Assembly: GCA_964016885.1 (NCBI GenBank)
Contig: CAXHJY010001648.1
Span: 8,245-72,244, forward strand
Source of the DNA: Eledone cirrhosa
Taxonomy: Eukaryota
Direction of reading: 5' to 3'
DNA: 64,000 nucleotides
Of the stretch, positions 58,389-64,000 are shown one piece after another. Below the pieces are notes generated by a model, which had not been told where the DNA came from, searched no databases, and was given only the letters and a program-made list of their open reading frames with translations. The stretch's first letter is position 1. Every line of letters begins with the position of its first letter. A program made the position numbers and the translations under genes.

Positions 58389-58509
58389 GTGTACGCGTAT
58401 ATATATATATATGTATGTATATATATATACATCGTGTACGCGAATATATATATATATACACATCGTGTACGCGTATATATATATATGTATATATATATGT
58501 ATATATATG

Positions 58510-58544
<35 letters not shown>

Positions 58545-58575
58545 GTATTTATATATATATATACATCGTGTACGC

Positions 58576-58627
<52 letters not shown>

Positions 58628-58705
58628 TGTACGTGTATATATATATATATATATAAATGAAAGTATAGAAATTAATGTGAGGGTGGAGTCAACAGTATTT
58701 CATAA

Positions 58706-58783
<78 letters not shown>

Positions 58784-58784
<1 letters not shown>

Positions 58785-58965
58785 TATGACCCCGACGGCA
58801 GAGCTCAAGCCGTTTCGACAACTATTTCAGGACCTGAAATAGCCTTCGAAACGGCTTGAGTTCTGCCGTCGGGGTCATACATTTTCCTATCACCCACTCT
58901 ACTACACTAGGTATTGAGTACTCTGGTGCGTTATGGTTTACCTGGTTCTTTACCACAATTCCCTC
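58784..58965 (+). mobile_element. Fold-back mini-element F1
   Basis: Arms 58784-58831 / 58833-58880. Confidence 0.85.
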
Positions 58966-58966
58966 T

Positions 58967-59027
<61 letters not shown>

Positions 59028-59458
59028 TATATGTATATATCGTTTATGAATATATGTATATACACATACCATTCCCTCTTTCTGGTTTTCTCAGTCTTAA
59101 TACAATTTATGGAACTACTTTCTTTCACAATTCACTTATCGACTTTTCCAAAATCGACTCTGTTCGCTTCATTGTTATTTATGTTGTTGTTGTTGTCGTC
59201 GTCGTTTTTTCCCGATATTATTGCTGTATTTTCTTTCTTTGTGTTATGTCTATGATTTGTAATGTGTTTTTTGTTATTGTTCTTTTTTTTGTTGATGAAA
59301 AAATGCTAGCCCTGGGCTAACACACAGATTCTCAATCCACCATCTGATGCATAATCCAATCTGTTCCAGCCATAACTACCCCTGCAGCAACAGACTGTAG
59401 CCATTAAAATGATAAATCAGTTACCTGCATGATGGTATTTTTTTCTTAAGGAATGAAC

Positions 59459-59494
<36 letters not shown>

Positions 59495-59630
59495 CTCCTG
59501 TGATTTTTCATGTTTATATTTATTTATATATATACATATAAGTTATATATATATATATATAAGTTATATATATATTTATATATATATAAGTTATATATAT
59601 ATTTATATATTTATATATAAGTTATATATA

Positions 59631-59662
<32 letters not shown>

Positions 59663-59861
59663 AGTTATATATATTATATATATATATATATAATATATAT
59701 AAGTTATATATATTATATATATATATATATATAATATATATAAGTTATATATATTATATATATATATATATAATATATATAAGTTATATATATTATATAT
59801 ATATATATATATATAAGTTATATATATATAAATATATATATATAAGTTATATATATATAAG

Positions 59862-59900
<39 letters not shown>

Positions 59901-60120
59901 TTATATATATATAAATATATATATATATATAAGTTATATATATATAAGTTATATATATGTATATATATATATATATATATATGTTATATATATATAAGTT
60001 ATATATATATATATATATATATAAGTTATATATATATATATAAAAGTTATATATATGTAATATATATATATATATATATATGTTATATATATGTATATAT
60101 ATATATATATATAAGTTATA

Positions 60121-60158
<38 letters not shown>

Positions 60159-60163
60159 TTATA

Positions 60164-60211
<48 letters not shown>

Positions 60212-60218
60212 TATAACT

Positions 60219-60252
<34 letters not shown>

Positions 60253-60303
60253 TATAACTTATATATATATAACTTATATATATATATATTTATATATATA
60301 TAA

Positions 60304-60338
<35 letters not shown>

Positions 60339-60544
60339 CTTATATATATTATATATATATATATATAATATATATAACTTATATATATTATATATATATA
60401 TAACTTATATATATTATATGTATATATATATAATATATATAACTTATATATATTATATATATATATAACTTATATATATTATATATATATATATATATAA
60501 TATATAACTTATATATATTATATATATATATATATAATATATAT

Positions 60545-60582
<38 letters not shown>

Positions 60583-60688
60583 TATATATATGTTATATAT
60601 ATATATATAAATATATATATAACTTATATATATATATATATATAAATATATATATATGTTATATATATATATATAAATATATATATAA

Positions 60689-60735
<47 letters not shown>

Positions 60736-60840
60736 CTTATATATATATATATATAAATATATATATAACTTATATATATATAAATATATATATAACTTAT
60801 ATATATATATATATATATATATAACTTATATGTATATATA

Positions 60841-61218
60841 TAAATAAATATAAACATGAAAAATCACAGGAGATAATTTCTACAAGCGTGTAACCACGCA
60901 TGGCTAGTAGGCAACAAGTAAATAAAGTTAACTAGAACTTCAAAAATATATAACTTTTAATGATTAATCTTCCCTGTATATATTTCATTAAAGAAATATA
61001 TTTCACCAATTAATCAGATCGTAAGTCACGGAAAGTGGATATTATTGGATTATCAACAAGGAAGAATAATGAAATATATACAGGGAAGATTAATCATTAA
61101 AAGGTATATATTTTTGAAGTTCTAGTTAACTTTATTTACTTGTTACCTACTAGCCATGCGTGGTTACACGCTTGTAGAAATTATCTCCTGTGATTTTTCA
61201 TGTTTATATTTATTTATA
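60841..61218. mobile_element. Fold-back insert (arms ~60841-60990 / 61068-61218) with a degenerate HHR-like motif
   Basis: 150 bp inverted arms; minus strand CTGATTA...GAAATATATA. Confidence 0.8.
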
Positions 61219-61389
61219 TATATGTTGATCAATTCCTAGTTATTATTAAATGCTCGTACCTACAAAGTCCTAGAGCTTATTTTCCGGGCGATATGGCGCA
61301 TTCCGTTAAGGAATGACACCCACAATTTCGATTCTGATTGAATTCTTTTAATCTATCTTAATTTGGGATATAGATATATATATAAATAG

Positions 61390-61444
<55 letters not shown>

Positions 61445-61450
61445 TATATA

Positions 61451-62014
61451 ACAACCTGTTGCATGGTCGGGTCGTTGGCGACTAAAATGGCAACCCCACC
61501 AAGGTTTCTTGGTGAGGAGGGTGACTTTGGACATCCTGCAGGGCTAAAAACCAAAACCTGTCAAAAGGCAAAGGAGCTCTTAAGAGTCAATGGCCATCCA
61601 AAATCACCGGGAGAGATGACCCCTTAGCCTTTGTCAGGGCAGAATTCTAGAAGGAAAACTCTGATATAACACCTGCAACCCTGATGGTATACAATGATGT
61701 TGAGTTGTTCTTCTTTTTGATAAATATCATCTTGGTTAAGAGAGTTGAACTGGCTTTGTGCAGTGCCTTTGCTCACTATAAAAGCTTCACGGCACAGGCA
61801 TTGGTTTATATCTGGAGATCTCTCTGCACTTGCCGTCACATGGTACCATGGGCCCAGCACTATGTGTCAGTAATTGTCACAAGTCTAGTGTTTGTACCAG
61901 AGTTTTCAAGTCGCTGGCTGGACTAAAAGGTCACACTCGTTCAGCGAATCAGTAGGGTTCTTCTACATAGATATAAAGTAGTGGCCGTACTCGAAATCGA
62001 GTTGGCAGCAACCA
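61451..62014 (+). mobile_element. ~600 bp repeat, copy 4
   Basis: Homologous to 19310-19919. Confidence 0.85.
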
Positions 62015-62172
62015 GATAACTTATATAGATATATATAGAGATATAAATATATAACTTTTTTATATATATATATAAATATATACCTTATATATATATAAAT
62101 ATATAACTTATATATATATATATAACTTATATATGTAAATATATAAATATATAACTAATATATATATAAATG

Positions 62173-62206
<34 letters not shown>

Positions 62207-62287
62207 TTATATATATATATATATACATATATATATACGTTATATATATACATATATATATATATACGTTATATATATATATATACG

Positions 62288-62324
<37 letters not shown>

Positions 62325-62373
62325 TTATATATATATATATATATACGTTATATATATATATATATATATACGT

Positions 62374-62419
<46 letters not shown>

Positions 62420-62421
62420 CG

Positions 62422-62453
<32 letters not shown>

Positions 62454-62489
62454 CGTTATATATATATAAATATATATATATAAATATAT

Positions 62490-63113
62490 GTAGATAAATC
62501 TACCAAGAGTTTACGGTAGTGTCCAATCCGTATGAAGAACTCAATGTATTCCGGATATCATGGAAAGAAGAGATGCAATGAAAAACGACTTTCGGTGAAA
62601 GATAAGCGGTATACAGAGTCAAGATAAAATATTAAACAAATAATGAACAAACAATTCCTTATATTAAACAAAAAAAGTTCATTATTTAACGATCGTTTCT
62701 AGGATATATATGTGTTATAATTGGTATGCATATTCAACAGATCTATGTACAAAATTATACAAAATTATACAAATTATCAAGATTTTTGTAAAATATGTGT
62801 AAGGGTTTTACATGTATATACACACACCGAACTGCATTTAGCCCTTTATGTTTTCATTGGTCAATTTTGAACTGAAATTTTGAATTGTTGTTATTATCAA
62901 TAAATATACTTCATTATTTCTGAAGACGGCGTATATATGTGTTTGGTATGTATATTTAATCTTGATAATTTGTATAATTTTGTATAATTTTGTACATAGA
63001 TCTGTTGAATATGCATACCAATTATAACACATATATATCCTAGAAACGATTAAATAATGAACTTTTTTTGTTTAATATAAGGAATTGTTTGTTCATTATT
63101 TGTTTAATATTTT
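62490..63113. mobile_element. Fold-back insert (arms ~62627-62783 / 62961-63113); relative at 54612-54760
   Basis: Inverted arms; minus strand CTGTTGA...GAAAC-gatc-GTT HHR-like motif. Confidence 0.75.
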
Positions 63114-63211
63114 ATATATAAATATATATATACGTTATATATATATATATTTATATATATATAACTTATATATATATATGTTTATATATATATATTTATA
63201 TATATATAACT

Positions 63212-63247
<36 letters not shown>

Positions 63248-63476
63248 CGTTATATATATATACATATATATATATATAAATATATATATACGTTATATAT
63301 ATATATATTTATATATATATATAACTTATATATATATATGTTTATATATATATATTTATATATATATAACTTATATATATATATGTTTATATATATATGT
63401 TTATATATATATAACTTATATATATAAATGTTTATATATATATATGTTTATATATATATAACTTATATATATATAT

Positions 63477-63516
<40 letters not shown>

Positions 63517-64000
63517 GTTATATATATATAAATATATATATATAAATATATATATACGTTATATATATATATATTTATATATATATAACTTATATATATA
63601 TATGTTTATATATATATATTTACATATATATAACTTATATATATATATGTTTATATATATTTATATATATATAACTTATATATATATATGTTTATATATA
63701 TATGTTTATATATATATAACTTATATATATAAATGTTTATATATATATATGTTTATATATATATAACTTATATATATATATGTTTATATATATATAACTT
63801 ATATATATATATATAATGAAGGCTGACACCGAATTATATATAGCAGTACATATTTAATAAACGAAGACAAATTTTAACTACTTGACTTCATTATTTTACA
63901 TTACTCCGGAAGTAGACCAAACCAACCTGCGTATCTCGTCGAGTGCTCCAATCTGCACCACTAAGGTGTCGGTAAACAACTAACATATACTCAAAATTTA

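Overview
This is eukaryotic (animal) genomic DNA, probably from a cephalopod such as Octopus. That assignment is inferred from the tRNA-derived SINE sequences and the huge (TA)n tracts, and was not verified. About half the window is (TA)n-derived microsatellite, so the YIYI/CVCV ORFs are artefacts. Embedded in the tracts are two 5'-truncated CR1/L2-group LINEs (one with an intact RT ORF), a Penelope-like element (PLE) fragment with a GIY-YIG domain, non-autonomous Helitrons, SINEs, four copies of a ~600 bp repeat and an ~8 kb Thr-frame minisatellite. The most striking signal is a dense population of short (60-650 bp) inserts in (TA)n from about ten unrelated sequence families. Many carry type I hammerhead ribozyme (HHR) motifs (CUGANGA...GAAA...NUH, often followed by AATAAA), and many are fold-back palindromes. 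In one family the fold-back point falls repeatedly in the same hairpin, the putative HHR stem II. No host gene could be identified with confidence; a candidate Asp-rich exon and an RFX X-box are noted.
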